Assembly (NCBI GenBank): GCA_963747395.1
Contig: CAVVEX010000016.1
Coordinates: forward strand, 765,782 to 829,781
From: an uncultured Actinomycetes bacterium
GTDB lineage: Bacteria > Actinomycetota > Actinomycetes > Acidothermales > Acidothermaceae
Reading direction: 5' to 3'
Length of the DNA stretch: 64,000 nt
How positions within the stretch are numbered: position 1 is the first letter of the stretch; each line of letters opens with the position of its first letter. Both the position numbers and the translations under genes were made by a program. A model generated the notes under the pieces. That model searched no databases, was not told the DNA's origin, and was given only the letters and a program-made list of their open reading frames with translations. Shown here in pieces: positions 19,003 through 29,575 of the stretch.

Positions 19003-20820
19003 ATGCCTTGGAGCAGCAGGGAGGTGGCGCTGGTGGCAAGTCGTGACGAGAGCCGCGATGGCCGCGACAGCCAGATCAACGGCCCACGTGCGGGCGGCGT
19101 GGACGCCGCCGAGTTGCAGGCGCAGGTCGGCGTGCTCGAAGAGGAGATCTCCGCTCTTCGCCGCAAACTCGCCGAGTCGCCGCGCAGCGCGCGCGCTCTC
19201 GAGGAGCGGCTCGCCGACGCCCAGGCCACGCTCGCGGGCGTGACCGGCCAAAACGAGCGGCTGGTGGCCACGCTCAAAGAGGCCCGCGAACAGATCATCG
19301 CGCTGCGCGAGGAGGTCGACCGGCTGGCCCAGCCGCCGTCCGGGTACGGCGTTTTCCTCGAGCGGCACGACGACGACACCGTCGACATCTTCACCGGCGG
19401 CCGCAAGCTGCGGGTCACCGTGAGCCCGGCGGTCGACCTGGACTCGATGCGCAAAGGCCAAGAGGTCATGCTCAACGAGGCGCTCAACGTGGTGCGCGCG
19501 CTTTCGTTCGAGCGTCAGGGCGAAGTCGTCATGTTCAAAGAGGTCTTGGACGACGGGGAGCGCGCGCTCGTCATCGGGCACGCCGACGAGGAACGCGTCG
19601 TCATGCTGGCCGACTCGTTGACGAACGTCCCGCTGCGGGTCGGCGACTCGCTCCTGCTCGAGACCCGGTCGGGCTACGTCTACGAGCGAATCCCGAAGGC
19701 CGAAGTCGAAGAGCTGGTGCTCGAAGAGGTGCCCGACATCGACTACTCCGCGATCGGCGGCCTGGGCGCGCAGATCGAGCAGATCCGCGACGCCGTCGAG
19801 CTTCCTTACCTGCACGCCGACCTCTTCCGCGAGCACCAGCTGCGGCCGCCGAAAGGCGTGCTGCTCTACGGACCTCCCGGGTGCGGCAAGACGCTCATCG
19901 CGAAGGCGGTGGCGAACTCGCTCGCGAAGAAGGTGGCGGAGGTCACCGGGCGTCCCGAGGGCAAGAGCTACTTCTTGAACATCAAGGGCCCCGAGCTGTT
20001 GAACAAGTACGTCGGTGAGACCGAGCGGCACATCCGGCTGGTTTTCCAGCGGGCGCGTGAAAAGGCGAGCGAGGGCACGCCGGTCATCGTTTTCTTCGAC
20101 GAGATGGACTCCATCTTCCGCACCCGCGGCTCGGGTGTGAGCTCGGACGTCGAGAACACGATCGTGCCGCAGCTGTTGAGCGAGATCGACGGCGTCGAGG
20201 GCTTGGAAAACGTCATCGTCATCGGCGCGTCGAACCGCGAGGACATGATCGACCCGGCGATCCTGCGGCCCGGCCGGCTCGACGTGAAAATCAAGATCGA
20301 GCGACCCGACGCCGAGGCCGCGCGCGACATCTTCAGCAAATACATCACGGTCGATTTGCCGCTGCATGGCGAAGACCTCAGCGAGCACGGCCGCTCGCGC
20401 GAGGCCACCGTGCAGGCGATGATCCAACGGGTCGTCGAACGGATGTACGACGAGAGCGAGGAAAACCGCTTCCTCGAGGTCACGTACGCCAACGGCGACA
20501 AAGAAGTCTTGTACTTCAAGGACTTCAACTCCGGCGCGATGATTCAAAACATCGTCGACCGCGCGAAGAAGATGGCGATCAAGGACTTTCTCGACACCGG
20601 CCACAAGGGGCTGCGCATGCAGCATCTGATGGCCGCGTGCGTCGACGAGTTCAAGGAGAACGAGGACCTGCCGAACACCACCAACCCCGACGACTGGGCG
20701 CGGATCTCCGGCAAGAAGGGCGAGCGGATCGTCTACATCCGCACGTTGGTGTCGGGCAAGCAAGGCACGGAGGCCGGGCGTTCGATCGACACGATCGCCA
20801 ACACCGGCCAGTACCTGTAA
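19003..20820 (+). CDS. arc: proteasome-associated AAA ATPase ARC/Mpa
   Basis: N-terminal coiled coil, Walker [16 protein letters not shown], Walker [11 protein letters not shown], and the C-terminal ...NTGQYL* proteasome-docking tail. A better start may be the GTG at 19033, which follows GGGAGG. Confidence 0.92.
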   Translation: MPWSSREVALVASRDESRDGRDSQINGPRAGGVDAAELQAQVGVLEEEISALRRKLAESPRSARALEERLADAQATLAGVTGQNERLVATLKEAREQIIALREEVDRLAQPPSGYGVFLERHDDDTVDIFTGGRKLRVTVSPAVDLDSMRKGQEVMLNEALNVVRALSFERQGEVVMFKEVLDDGERALVIGHADEERVVMLADSLTNVPLRVGDSLLLETRSGYVYERIPKAEVEELVLEEVPDIDYSAIGGLGAQIEQIRDAVELPYLHADLFREHQLRPPKGVLLYGPPGCGKTLIAKAVANSLAKKVAEVTGRPEGKSYFLNIKGPELLNKYVGETERHIRLVFQRAREKASEGTPVIVFFDEMDSIFRTRGSGVSSDVENTIVPQLLSEIDGVEGLENVIVIGASNREDMIDPAILRPGRLDVKIKIERPDAEAARDIFSKYITVDLPLHGEDLSEHGRSREATVQAMIQRVVERMYDESEENRFLEVTYANGDKEVLYFKDFNSGAMIQNIVDRAKKMAIKDFLDTGHKGLRMQHLMAACVDEFKENEDLPNTTNPDDWARISGKKGERIVYIRTLVSGKQGTEAGRSIDTIANTGQYL

Positions 20821-20883
20821 CTCAGTACCTGTGGCCGCGGAGCACCCGCGGAATAGGTCTGCGCAGGTTCGGTGCCGGCGGGA

Positions 20884-21642
20884 TCATCCCCGGCCGGGAC
20901 CGCCGGGACCACCGGGGCCATGGTGCGGTCCGTGTCCCGGTCCCGGATCACCCTTGCCCGGGCCGCCGTGACCAGGGCCGCCGGATCCGCCGCCCTGCCC
21001 AGGGCCGCCAGGCGCCGTCGGGTCAGTGCATCCGGCGTGCTCGGTTATCGTCGCGTCCGCTTGCTCACCGGGTGCTTTCCCGGGACGGGGTCGATCCTGG
21101 CAGGTGGGCGACGGCGACGGCGACGGCTGGGGCGCTTCGGTGGGTGACCACGACGGGGGCGCGCCGTGCCACCAGCCGACTCGTCCGACTGGCGAGGCAG
21201 TGGCTGGCGAGGCAGTGGCTGGCGAGGCAGTGGTTGGCGCGGCGGCGGTGGGTGGCGCCGGGGTGGGCGCCGCGGCGGTGGACGCCGGCGGTCGAATCGC
21301 CGCGGCGAGAACCGCGCCCGGCTGCGGTTGCGGCGAAGGGGTCTTCGCGGCCCGTTGAGCAGTCGCCTGGTGCGCGGCGTGCGTCGCCGCGTGCGTCGCG
21401 GCCTTGGCCGAGGCCTTCTTCGCCGACTTGCTCGGCGAGGGTTGCGGCGACCACGGTGGTTGGGAGGGCACCGGCCAATCGGTCGACACCACCACGGAAC
21501 CGCCGGCCACCCGGCTCACTGGGTCGTGCGATGAGCCGCCCGCCAAGGTGACACCAAGCGCCGTGAGCGAGGCGACCCCGACGACGGTCGCGCCAGCCTT
21601 CGCGCCAAGAGCGCACGCGGTGGCGTTGAGCCGAAACGCCAT
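20884..21642 (-). CDS. secreted Pro/Ala/Gly-rich low-complexity protein
   Basis: The ATG at 21642 is preceded by GGGAGG. Signal-like N-terminus MAFRLNATACALGAKAGATVVGVASLTALGV, an ASPAT x3 repeat (15-bp DNA repeat at 21191-21235), and a C-terminal GPG/His-rich tail. Confidence 0.6.
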   Translation of the reverse strand: MAFRLNATACALGAKAGATVVGVASLTALGVTLAGGSSHDPVSRVAGGSVVVSTDWPVPSQPPWSPQPSPSKSAKKASAKAATHAATHAAHQATAQRAAKTPSPQPQPGAVLAAAIRPPASTAAAPTPAPPTAAAPTTASPATASPATASPVGRVGWWHGAPPSWSPTEAPQPSPSPSPTCQDRPRPGKAPGEQADATITEHAGCTDPTAPGGPGQGGGSGGPGHGGPGKGDPGPGHGPHHGPGGPGGPGRG

Positions 21643-21758
21643 CTTCGACCTCCCAGGACCCGACACGCTGGTCCGCGCGATTTGCGCGCGGACCGGTGAT
21701 CGGTTCCCCAAACCGGCGACCCTCATGCCTCGCCGCACGAACCAACGCGAGACACCGC

Positions 21759-22580
21759 CTAACCGGGCAGTGACCCGCTGGGCAACGGAGGTATCGGCGG
21801 CAGCGGTAGCGAGGGCGCGGGCGGCTCGGTGTTCGGCGGCGGCGTGGCGGAGTCCGTGGGTGTCGGCGTGGCGGAGTCGGTGGGTGTCGGCGTGGCGGAG
21901 TCGGTGGGTGTCGGCGTGGCGGAGTCCGTGGGTGTCGGCGTGGCGGTGTCGGTCGGTGTCGGCGTGGCGGTGTCGGTCGGTGTCGGCGTCGTCTGCGCGG
22001 GCGTCGTCTGCGCGGGCGTCGTCTGCGCGGGCGTCGTCTGCGCGGGCGTCGTCTGGGCGGGCGTCGTCTGGGCGGGAGTCGTCGGCGCCGCCGAGGTGGA
22101 CTTCGATGCCGTCGGCGTCGCCCGCGGTGTCGCGGTCAACGCCGGTCCGATGAACGGGATCTTGATCAGCGGGCGCTTCACGGACTTGGCGTTCTTTGTC
22201 GCGCTCGAGGACGGCCGGGCGCTGGCGGACGTGCTGGCTGGATGCGACGACGAACGCCCCGGGCTGCTGCGCGTCGACGCCGTGGCGCCAGCCACGGTGA
22301 GAGAGGGGATGGGCGCCGGCGACGGGTTGGCGAAGTCGAACTGGGGCAGCGCGTCGCCGTTGTAACTGGCGGCATGAGGTCCGTGCGCGAGCATCGTGGC
22401 GAGCAGCGCGAGAACGACCACACTCGCCGCGGTCGATGCGACCTTTGCGAGCACAGCGGGGCGCGTGTAGCGCCGCAGGCCACGGGCAGCGTGCGCGGGC
22501 GCGCCACGAGGGAGTCGCCGCCCGTCCGACGCCGGCTCTTGGGATTCGCTTGAGTTCTCGTCATCCATCGCGTGCCCCAC
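21759..22580 (-). CDS. membrane-anchored Thr/Pro-rich tandem-repeat protein
   Basis: One TM helix (AASVVVLALLATMLA), then (TTPAQ)x6 and (TPTPTD[ST]A)x6. GC3 is high outside the repeats. Confidence 0.6.
   Translation of the reverse strand: MGHAMDDENSSESQEPASDGRRLPRGAPAHAARGLRRYTRPAVLAKVASTAASVVVLALLATMLAHGPHAASYNGDALPQFDFANPSPAPIPSLTVAGATASTRSSPGRSSSHPASTSASARPSSSATKNAKSVKRPLIKIPFIGPALTATPRATPTASKSTSAAPTTPAQTTPAQTTPAQTTPAQTTPAQTTPAQTTPTPTDTATPTPTDTATPTPTDSATPTPTDSATPTPTDSATPTPTDSATPPPNTEPPAPSLPLPPIPPLPSGSLPG
21841..22080. repeat. intragenic tandem repeats: 6 x 24 bp (21841-21984) and 6 x 15 bp (21991-22080)
   Basis: Units ggcgtggcggagtccgtgggtgtc and gtctgcgcgggcgtc, read directly. Copies are identical or differ by 1-4 bases. 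Confidence 0.9.
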
Positions 22581-22622
22581 TGGCCGCCCCGTTTCCCCCG
22601 GCGTAGAACGCTAGTGCGGACC

Positions 22623-23174
22623 CTAGTGCACGGCCGGAGGCTTGGGGAGTGGGCCGTTCAAGATCCCCGCGACGGCGAGCAGATAGCGACCGTCGGGCAC
22701 GAACGAGATGTCCCCGTTCGCTAGCTCCCGCGCCAGCTCATCCACGGTCCACCACTCACCCCACGCCACCTCGTCGGCCTGGTGGGTGATCGGGCCGTCC
22801 CACGTCACCTCGAACGCGTGGTAGATCGCCTGCACCGTCGCGTCGCGCCATCGCGTGGTGAACAGCGGGCGCAACAAGACCCCGTGGATGCCAAGCTCCT
22901 CCGCGAGTTCTCGGACGGCGCCGGCGTTCGGGTCCTCCCCGGCAGCGAGGACGCCGCCGGCCCAGCAGTCGAACGCGCCGGGGTAGATGTCCTTCGTCTC
23001 GGTGCGCCGGTGGACGTAGATCCGGCCGGCCGAGTCGCGAACGAGGATCGCGGTCGCCCCGTGCAACAGGTTCTCCGCCCGAATCCGGCCCCGGGTCGCG
23101 ACGCCGCACGGCCGTCCCTCGGCGTCCAAGACGGTGACGAGCTCGGCCGAGGCGCCGGTTGCAGACGTTGTCAC
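22623..23174 (-). CDS. NUDIX hydrolase
   Basis: Nudix box GGVLAAGEDPNAGAVRELAEELGI. The start is uncertain: GTG at 23174, while the ORF extends to 23288. Confidence 0.8.
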   Translation of the reverse strand: MTTSATGASAELVTVLDAEGRPCGVATRGRIRAENLLHGATAILVRDSAGRIYVHRRTETKDIYPGAFDCWAGGVLAAGEDPNAGAVRELAEELGIHGVLLRPLFTTRWRDATVQAIYHAFEVTWDGPITHQADEVAWGEWWTVDELARELANGDISFVPDGRYLLAVAGILNGPLPKPPAVH

Positions 23175-23244
23175 CCATTGATTCTGGACCCGCGACCGGG
23201 CCCGCGCGGAGCCGGAGTGGCGCCGAAGACCGTACGCTGGGCGG

Positions 23245-24795
23245 GTGAGCGTGCGGCGGGTGATGGGGATCGAGACCGAGTACGGCATCTCGGTGCCCGG
23301 TCATCCGACCGCGAACGCGATGGCGGCCTCCTCGCAGATCGTCAACGCGTACGTGCCCGGGGCGCTGGCCCGCGAGCGGAGGGCGCGTTGGGACTTCGAG
23401 GAGGAGAACCCGCTACGCGACGCCCGCGGCTTCGACCTGACCCGCGAGGTCGCCGATCCGATGCAACTCACCGATGAAGACCTCGGGCTCGCGAACGTCA
23501 TCCTCACCAATGGGGCCCGGCTGTACGTCGACCACGCGCACCCCGAGTACTCCACGCCAGAGGTGACCAACCCGCTCGACGGCGCGCGTTGGGACAAGGC
23601 CGGCGAGTTGGTGATGGCGGAGGCGGCGAGGCGGGCCGCTACGGTTCCGGGCGCCTGGCCCATCCAGCTGTACAAAAACAACACCGACAACAAAGGCGCC
23701 AGCTACGGCTGCCACGAGAATTACCTGACCGCACGCGCGACGCCGTTCTCCGAGATCGTGCGACATCTCACCCCGTTTTTCGTTACGCGGCAGGTGTTTT
23801 GCGGCGCCGGTCGGGTCGGAATCGGCGCCGACGGACGAGGCGACGGCTTTCAAATAAGTCAACGCGCCGACTTCTTCGAAGTCGAGGTCGGGCTTGAGAC
23901 GACGTTGAAGCGGCCCATCATCAACACCCGCGACGAGCCGCATGCCGATCCCGAGAAGTACCGCCGGCTGCACGTCATCATCGGCGACGCCAACATGAGC
24001 GAGATCGCGACCTATCTGAAACTCGGCGTCACGGCGATCGTGCTCGCGATGATTGAGGACGGCTTTCTCTCCGTCGACCTGTCCATCGACGGTCCGGTCG
24101 GCGCGTTGAGGGCCGTCTCGCACGACCCCACGTTGTCGCACAAGGTGACGTTGCGCGATGGCCGCCGGCTGACGGCGTTGCAGGTTCAGCTTGAGTATTT
24201 GGAGCAGGCGCGAAAGTACGTCGAGGACAAGTTCGGCACAGACGTCGACGACATGACGTCGGACGTGCTCGACCGCTGGGAATCCGTGTTGGCCCGGCTG
24301 AGCGACGACCCCGCGCAACTCGCCAACGAGCTCGACTGGACGGCGAAGCTGAGTGTGCTCGAGGGCTACCGCGAACGGGAAAACCTCGCCTGGAACGCGC
24401 ACAAGCTGCAACTCGTCGACTTGCAGTACCACGACGTTCGGCCCGACCGCGGCCTGTACAACCGGCTGGTCGCGCGCGGCTCGATGCAGACTCTGCTCAC
24501 ACCAAAGGCGGTCTCCGCCGCCACCGACGAGCCGCCGGAAGACACCAGGGCGTACTTCCGCGGGCGTTGCCTGGAGAAGTTCGGCGCCGACATCGCGGCG
24601 GCATCCTGGGATTCCGTCATCTTCGACCTGCCGGGACGCGAGTCGCTGCAGCGGGTGCCGACCCTCGAGCCACTGCGGGGCACCAAGGCCCACGTCGGCG
24701 AGTTGTTCGACCGCTGCGAGACGGCCAGCGATCTCGTCGCCGCCATCACCGGCTCCCGGCAATCGACTCAGCAGTCGCCGCCGCAGCCGGGATAA
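23245..24795 (+). CDS. dop: Pup deamidase/depupylase
   Basis: [47 protein letters not shown]. 516 aa. It lacks the PafA-type position in the locus and lies upstream of pup. Confidence 0.92.
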   Translation: MSVRRVMGIETEYGISVPGHPTANAMAASSQIVNAYVPGALARERRARWDFEEENPLRDARGFDLTREVADPMQLTDEDLGLANVILTNGARLYVDHAHPEYSTPEVTNPLDGARWDKAGELVMAEAARRAATVPGAWPIQLYKNNTDNKGASYGCHENYLTARATPFSEIVRHLTPFFVTRQVFCGAGRVGIGADGRGDGFQISQRADFFEVEVGLETTLKRPIINTRDEPHADPEKYRRLHVIIGDANMSEIATYLKLGVTAIVLAMIEDGFLSVDLSIDGPVGALRAVSHDPTLSHKVTLRDGRRLTALQVQLEYLEQARKYVEDKFGTDVDDMTSDVLDRWESVLARLSDDPAQLANELDWTAKLSVLEGYRERENLAWNAHKLQLVDLQYHDVRPDRGLYNRLVARGSMQTLLTPKAVSAATDEPPEDTRAYFRGRCLEKFGADIAAASWDSVIFDLPGRESLQRVPTLEPLRGTKAHVGELFDRCETASDLVAAITGSRQSTQQSPPQPG

Positions 24796-24813
24796 CCGCC
24801 CTCACAGCTGCCC

Positions 24814-25479
24814 TTATAGCGGCCACGTCTCCCGACGAAGGCCGGCGTCCCAGAACATCCACTCGTATTTCGCAGTGATCAGCGCGTGCTCGCGCATCGC
24901 CGCCACTTGCGCTGGCCCGGCGGTCTCGCCCGCCCGGTCCACCGCCTCCAGGACATCCGCCACGGTCGCCGCGAACTCGTCGCCGCCATAGGTCTCGATC
25001 CAGCGGGCGAACAGTGGCTGTGGCGAGCTTCGGCTCAGCAGTGCGGCGCCCACCTCGGCGTAGATCCAGTAGCAGGGCAGCACGGCCGCCAGCGCCGCCG
25101 TGAACTCGCCCAGCGCGCAAACGCGTAGCAGGTACGACGTGTACGCGACGGTGGTCGGCGACGGCGGCTGCGCGAACGCAGCGGGGTAGGCGACCGAGAG
25201 TTCGCGCGCGAAGCCGGCGTGCAGCTGCTTCTCGACCTCGACGGCCCCTTGCGCGTGGGCCGCGAACATCGCCACGCTCGCGTCGTCCGACGCCTTCGCG
25301 GCGACCAGCGCAAGGGCGCGGGCGTAGTCGCGCAGGTAGAGGGCGTCCTGCCACACGTAATGCGCGAACGAGTCCATCGGCAGCGAGCCGTCGGTGAGTC
25401 CGGTGACGAACGGGTGGCGCAGGATCCGCGCGTGCACCGGCGCAATGACCGCCCACAGCTCGTCGCGAAACCGAACCAT
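24814..25479 (-). CDS. tenA: TenA family aminopyrimidine aminohydrolase (thiaminase II)
   Basis: HPFVTGLTDGSLPMDSFAHYVWQDALYL, the catalytic-Cys context AAVLPCYWIYAEVG, and EWMFWD. The ATG at 25479 has an upstream GGGAGGAAG. Confidence 0.8.
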   Translation of the reverse strand: MVRFRDELWAVIAPVHARILRHPFVTGLTDGSLPMDSFAHYVWQDALYLRDYARALALVAAKASDDASVAMFAAHAQGAVEVEKQLHAGFARELSVAYPAAFAQPPSPTTVAYTSYLLRVCALGEFTAALAAVLPCYWIYAEVGAALLSRSSPQPLFARWIETYGGDEFAATVADVLEAVDRAGETAGPAQVAAMREHALITAKYEWMFWDAGLRRETWPL

Positions 25480-25695
25480 GCCGCTTCCTCCCGCCGTCCG
25501 CGGTGGTGGGGCCAGTGGTGCGCAGCGAGCCTACGGGCCGGGCCTCGACGCGGCGTGGGCCGGCGAGTGCGATCGACCCGCGGCGAGGACGCCGGCACGA
25601 AAACCGCCACGGCGGACCTAGCTCACCTGTGCGCGACGGCTGCCGAAGGTAATGTCGGCGGCAGCAGCGGCAAACAGCCACATCGCGGAGGGCAC

Positions 25696-25911
25696 ATGGC
25701 CGAGCAGGACACCGGCGGTCAGCAACGCGGGGCTCGTCGGCAAAACGAGGCCGACGAGACCGTTGACGAGCAGGCGCCGGGCAGCGACGTCCAGGAGCGG
25801 CGCGAGAAGTTGAACGACGACGTCGACGCGATCCTCGACGAGATTGACGACGTGTTGGAGGAGAACGCCGAGGAATTCGTGCGTTCGTACATCCAAAAGG
25901 GCGGCCAGTAG
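25696..25911 (+). CDS. pup: prokaryotic ubiquitin-like protein
   Basis: A 71-aa acidic peptide ending ...[13 protein letters not shown]. The ATG at 25696 follows GGAGGG. It is embedded in the longer spurious ORF 25219..25911. Confidence 0.93.
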   Translation: MAEQDTGGQQRGARRQNEADETVDEQAPGSDVQERREKLNDDVDAILDEIDDVLEENAEEFVRSYIQKGGQ

Positions 25912-25990
25912 ATCAGTTGCGGCGACGCGACCAGTAGGGTCGGGCGCGCTGGCAACCGCGGTCGGAATCGGCCGCGAGAGGGGAGCTTCG

Positions 25991-26863
25991 ATGACGGGCG
26001 CGACCGACGGCTTCGGGCGGCTGCCCGGCGCGTTCCACCAGCCGGGCGTGCACTCGTTCACGGATTTCTTGTCGATGCACGCGCCTGAGTTGCTGCCCGG
26101 ACGACGTGCGGCGGCGCTGCCGGGCGCGATCACGGGCCAAGGCGCGCCGCTCGACGTCCCGCACGGGACGACCATCGTCGCGGTCACCTTCAGCGGCGGC
26201 GTCGTCATGGCGGGCGACCGGCGCGCGACGATGGGCAACATCATCGCCCAACGCGACATCGAGAAGGTCTTCCAGGCGGACGAGCACTCGTGCGTCGGCA
26301 TCGCGGGCACCGCAGGCATCGCCATCGAGCTGGTCCGGCTTTTCCAGGTCGAGCTCGAGCATTACGAGAAGCTGCAGGGCGCGACGCTTTCCCTTGAGGG
26401 CAAGGCGAACCGGCTCTCGATGATGATCCGCTCGAATCTGCCCATGGCGATGCAGGGCCTCGCGGTCGTCCCGCTCTACGCCGGTTACGACCTGCTGGTC
26501 ACCGATCCCGCCAAGGCCGGCCGGATCTTCTCCTTCGACGTCACCGGCGGCCGGTACGAGGAGCACTCCTTCCACGCCGTCGGCTCCGGCTCGATGTTCG
26601 CCCGCGGGGCGTTGAAGAAGTTCTTCCGCGAGGACTTCACCCGCGACGACGCGATCCGCGCGTGCGTCGAGGCGCTGTACGACGCCGCCGACGACGACTC
26701 CGCGACCGGCGGCCCCGACCTGACCCGGCGCATCTTCCCGGTCGTCGTCAGCTGCTCCGTCGAAGGTTTCTCGCGCGTGCCGGAAGACGCTCTTGGCGAG
26801 GTCGTGGGCCGGGTCGTCGAGGACCGGATGAACCGACCCGGCGGACCCGCCGCCCGCCTCTAG
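25991..26863 (+). CDS. prcB: proteasome subunit beta
   Basis: Propeptide followed by [23 protein letters not shown] (Thr1 nucleophile context). The ATG at 25991 follows GAGAGGGGAG. Confidence 0.92.
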   Translation: MTGATDGFGRLPGAFHQPGVHSFTDFLSMHAPELLPGRRAAALPGAITGQGAPLDVPHGTTIVAVTFSGGVVMAGDRRATMGNIIAQRDIEKVFQADEHSCVGIAGTAGIAIELVRLFQVELEHYEKLQGATLSLEGKANRLSMMIRSNLPMAMQGLAVVPLYAGYDLLVTDPAKAGRIFSFDVTGGRYEEHSFHAVGSGSMFARGALKKFFREDFTRDDAIRACVEALYDAADDDSATGGPDLTRRIFPVVVSCSVEGFSRVPEDALGEVVGRVVEDRMNRPGGPAARL

Positions 26864-26926
26864 CGAAGCCAGCCAGCCGATGCCGTCCAGCGAAGCCGTC
26901 GCGACCAGCCACAGGAGACCACGTCG

Positions 26927-27637
26927 ATGAGCGCGCCGTTCTACGTCTCGCCCGAGCAGTTGATGAAGGACCGCGCCGATTACGCCCGCAAGGGCATCGC
27001 GCGCGGTCGCAGCAACGTGGTGCTGCAGTACGACGACGGCATCTTGTTCGTCGCAGAGAACACCTCGAAGGCGCTGCACAAGATCAGCGAGGTCTACGAC
27101 CGGATCGCGTTCGCCGCTGTCGGCCGCTACAACGAGTTCGAGAACCTGCGGGTGGCCGGCGTCCGGCTCGCCGACCTCACCGGCTACACCTACGACCGGC
27201 GCGACGTCACCGGCCGGACCATCGCCAACGCCTACGCCCAAACGCTCGGCGCCATCTTCAGCGGCGCGGGGGAGAAGCCGTACGAGGTCGAGATCGTGGT
27301 CGCCGAGGTGGGCGAGACCGCCGACGGCGACACCATCTACCGGCTCACCTACGACGGCAGCGTCGGGGAGGAGCACGACTACGTCGGCATGGGCGGGCAG
27401 GCCGAGCACATCACCACGGTGTTGCGCGAGCGTTACCAGGAGGGCGCCTCGCTCGCTGCCGCGCTGCACCTCGCGGTCAGCGCGCTGTCGCAGCAGCCGG
27501 ACGGCGACACCAGGGAGCTGACCGCCGACCAACTCGAGGTCGCCGCGCTCGACCGCACCCGTGGTCGCCGCGCGTTTCGCCGGTTCGTCGGACCGCAGCT
27601 GACCGCGCTGCTGGCGCAGGGCGCCGACCTCGGCTGA
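26927..27637 (+). CDS. prcA: proteasome subunit alpha
   Basis: [29 protein letters not shown]...[19 protein letters not shown]. Confidence 0.92.
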   Translation: MSAPFYVSPEQLMKDRADYARKGIARGRSNVVLQYDDGILFVAENTSKALHKISEVYDRIAFAAVGRYNEFENLRVAGVRLADLTGYTYDRRDVTGRTIANAYAQTLGAIFSGAGEKPYEVEIVVAEVGETADGDTIYRLTYDGSVGEEHDYVGMGGQAEHITTVLRERYQEGASLAAALHLAVSALSQQPDGDTRELTADQLEVAALDRTRGRRAFRRFVGPQLTALLAQGADLG

Positions 27638-27878
27638 GCCGATCGCCCGTCACCGATTAGCCCGCTGGCTGCGGGCCGGTTAGCCCGTTCGGCGCCGTCC
27701 CGTTACGCCGTCCGCGCGATGATTCCCGGTGTTCTTTGGCGCGTCTGCCCTAGCCCGTCCCGTTTCGACGCCGCGCGTTCGCCGAACATCGCCCAAACAG
27801 CACCCAAGTTTCCGCCGCTCGGGCTCAAGTTCGCTGGCCCATTCGGCCGATTACTCCCCGTGACTGGGGAGGAACGAG

Positions 27879-28109
27879 ATGGCTTCGTGGACCAACGACG
27901 CGCACATCCACGCGCTCATGCGCAAGTACCTTGCTGCCGTCGCCCGCTACGACGAGGCGGCCGAGAAGCGGTCGCCCGCGCCTGAACTGGACCGGCTGCG
28001 CGACGAGAAGCGGGAAGCGGCCCGCGACTACGAGGAAGCCCTCATCTCCCGCGGCTGGCAGATTCCAGGCCTCGCCATCGGTCCGCTCGCGCGCGCCGCG
28101 CGCTGGTAG
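27879..28109 (+). CDS. hypothetical 76-aa helical protein between prcA and pafA
   Basis: The ATG is preceded by GGGGAGGAAC at ideal spacing. Charged helical sequence RYDEAAEKRSPAPELDRLRDEKREAARDYEEAL. High GC3. Confidence 0.55.
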   Translation: MASWTNDAHIHALMRKYLAAVARYDEAAEKRSPAPELDRLRDEKREAARDYEEALISRGWQIPGLAIGPLARAARW

Positions 28110-28169
28110 CCGCCGACACCGCCGCGAGGCGCCCGGTGCGCACCGCCGCACTCGCATAGGCTGCCGGAC

Positions 28170-29528
28170 ATGGACCGGCGGATCTTCGGGTTGGAGAACG
28201 AGTACGGCGTCACGTGCACGTTCCACGGCCAGCGCCGGTTGTCGCCGGACGAGGTCGCGCGCTACCTCTTTCGCCGGGTGGTGTCGTGGGGCCGGTCCAG
28301 CAATGTCTTCTTGCGCAACGGTGCCCGCCTCTACCTCGATGTCGGAAGCCACCCCGAATACGCGACACCGGAGTGCGACAACGTCGTCGACCTGGTCGTT
28401 CACGACAAGGCCGGCGAGCGAACGCTCGAGGGATTGCTGGTCGACGCCGAACGCCGGTTGCGTGAAGAGGGCATCGCCGGCGACATCTACCTGTTCAAGA
28501 ACAACACCGACTCCGCGGGCAACTCTTACGGCTGCCACGAGAACTACCTCGTGGGACGACAAGGTGAGTTCGGGCGGCTCGCCGACGTCCTGATCCCGTT
28601 TCTCGTCACCCGGCAAATCATCTGCGGCGCCGGGAAAGTGTTGGCCACGCCGCGGGGCGCCGTTTTTTGCGTGAGCCAGCGCGCGGAGCACATCTGGGAG
28701 GGCGTCTCGTCGGCGACGACCCGCTCGCGCCCCATCATCAACACCCGCGACGAGCCGCACGCGGACGCCGAGCGCTTCCGCAGGCTGCACGTGATTGTCG
28801 GGGACTCCAACATGTCCGAGACAACCACGTTGCTCAAAGCCGGGTCGACCGACCTCGTGCTGCGGATGATCGAGGCCGGCGTCGTCCTTCGCGACCTCAC
28901 GTTGGAAAACCCGATCCGCGCGATCCGCGAGGTTAGCCACGACCCGACCGGACGACGCAAGGTGCGGCTCGCGAATGGTCGCGAGGCGAGCGCTCTCGAG
29001 GTGCAGCAGGAGTACCTCGACAAGGCGCTCGATTTCATCGACCGCCGCGGCGGCGACGCCACCACGGCGCGGGTGCTGGACCTGTGGCGCCGCACGGTCG
29101 AGGCGATCTCTACCGGCGACCTGTCGTTGGTCGACCGCGAGATCGACTGGGTCATCAAGCATCGGCTGATCGAGCGCTACCGCGCCAAGCACGGTCTCGC
29201 GCTCTCGTCGCCGCGGGTGGCGCAGATCGACCTCGCATATCACGACGTCAACCGCAACCGCGGCCTGTACTACCTGCTCGAACGGCGGGGCGAAGTGGAG
29301 CGAGTGGCGCGCGACCTCGACATCTTCGAGGCGAAGTCGGTGCCGCCGCAGACCACCCGCGCCCGGCTGCGGGGCGAGTTCATCAAGCGCGCGCAGGAGA
29401 AGCGGCGCGACTTCACCGTCGACTGGGTGCACCTCAAGCTGAACGACCAAGCCCAGCGCACCGTGTTATGCAAAGACCCGTTCCGCGCAGTCGACGACCG
29501 CGTCGAAAAGCTGATCGCGAGCATGTAG
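28170..29528 (+). CDS. pafA: Pup--protein ligase
   Basis: [50 protein letters not shown]. 452 aa. Confidence 0.93.
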   Translation: MDRRIFGLENEYGVTCTFHGQRRLSPDEVARYLFRRVVSWGRSSNVFLRNGARLYLDVGSHPEYATPECDNVVDLVVHDKAGERTLEGLLVDAERRLREEGIAGDIYLFKNNTDSAGNSYGCHENYLVGRQGEFGRLADVLIPFLVTRQIICGAGKVLATPRGAVFCVSQRAEHIWEGVSSATTRSRPIINTRDEPHADAERFRRLHVIVGDSNMSETTTLLKAGSTDLVLRMIEAGVVLRDLTLENPIRAIREVSHDPTGRRKVRLANGREASALEVQQEYLDKALDFIDRRGGDATTARVLDLWRRTVEAISTGDLSLVDREIDWVIKHRLIERYRAKHGLALSSPRVAQIDLAYHDVNRNRGLYYLLERRGEVERVARDLDIFEAKSVPPQTTRARLRGEFIKRAQEKRRDFTVDWVHLKLNDQAQRTVLCKDPFRAVDDRVEKLIASM

Positions 29529-29575
29529 CGGCCGCTGCTCAGGTGCGCTCAGCGGCCTCTCAGGGGAAGCGGCTA

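Noticed and set aside
18922-20763. 613-aa ORF antisense to arc
   Set aside because: It has no recognisable motifs and an Arg/Val/Asp-rich composition. The plus strand encodes a perfect ARC/Mpa ATPase.
21841-22080. A regularly spaced repeat array that might be taken for a CRISPR
   Set aside because: The units are directly abutting (no spacers) and only 15 and 24 bp long. They are in frame inside a Thr/Pro-rich CDS, and no cas genes are nearby.
27657-27757. Three TAGCCCG(T) motifs upstream of the 76-aa ORF as a regulatory repeat
   Set aside because: They are 7-8 nt motifs with irregular spacing (23 and 70 nt). This is too short to distinguish from chance without genome-wide statistics.
25913-29450. 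Long antisense ORFs over prcB/prcA (25913..27532) and pafA (27825..29450)
   Set aside because: Same GC artefact. The sense strand is unambiguous.
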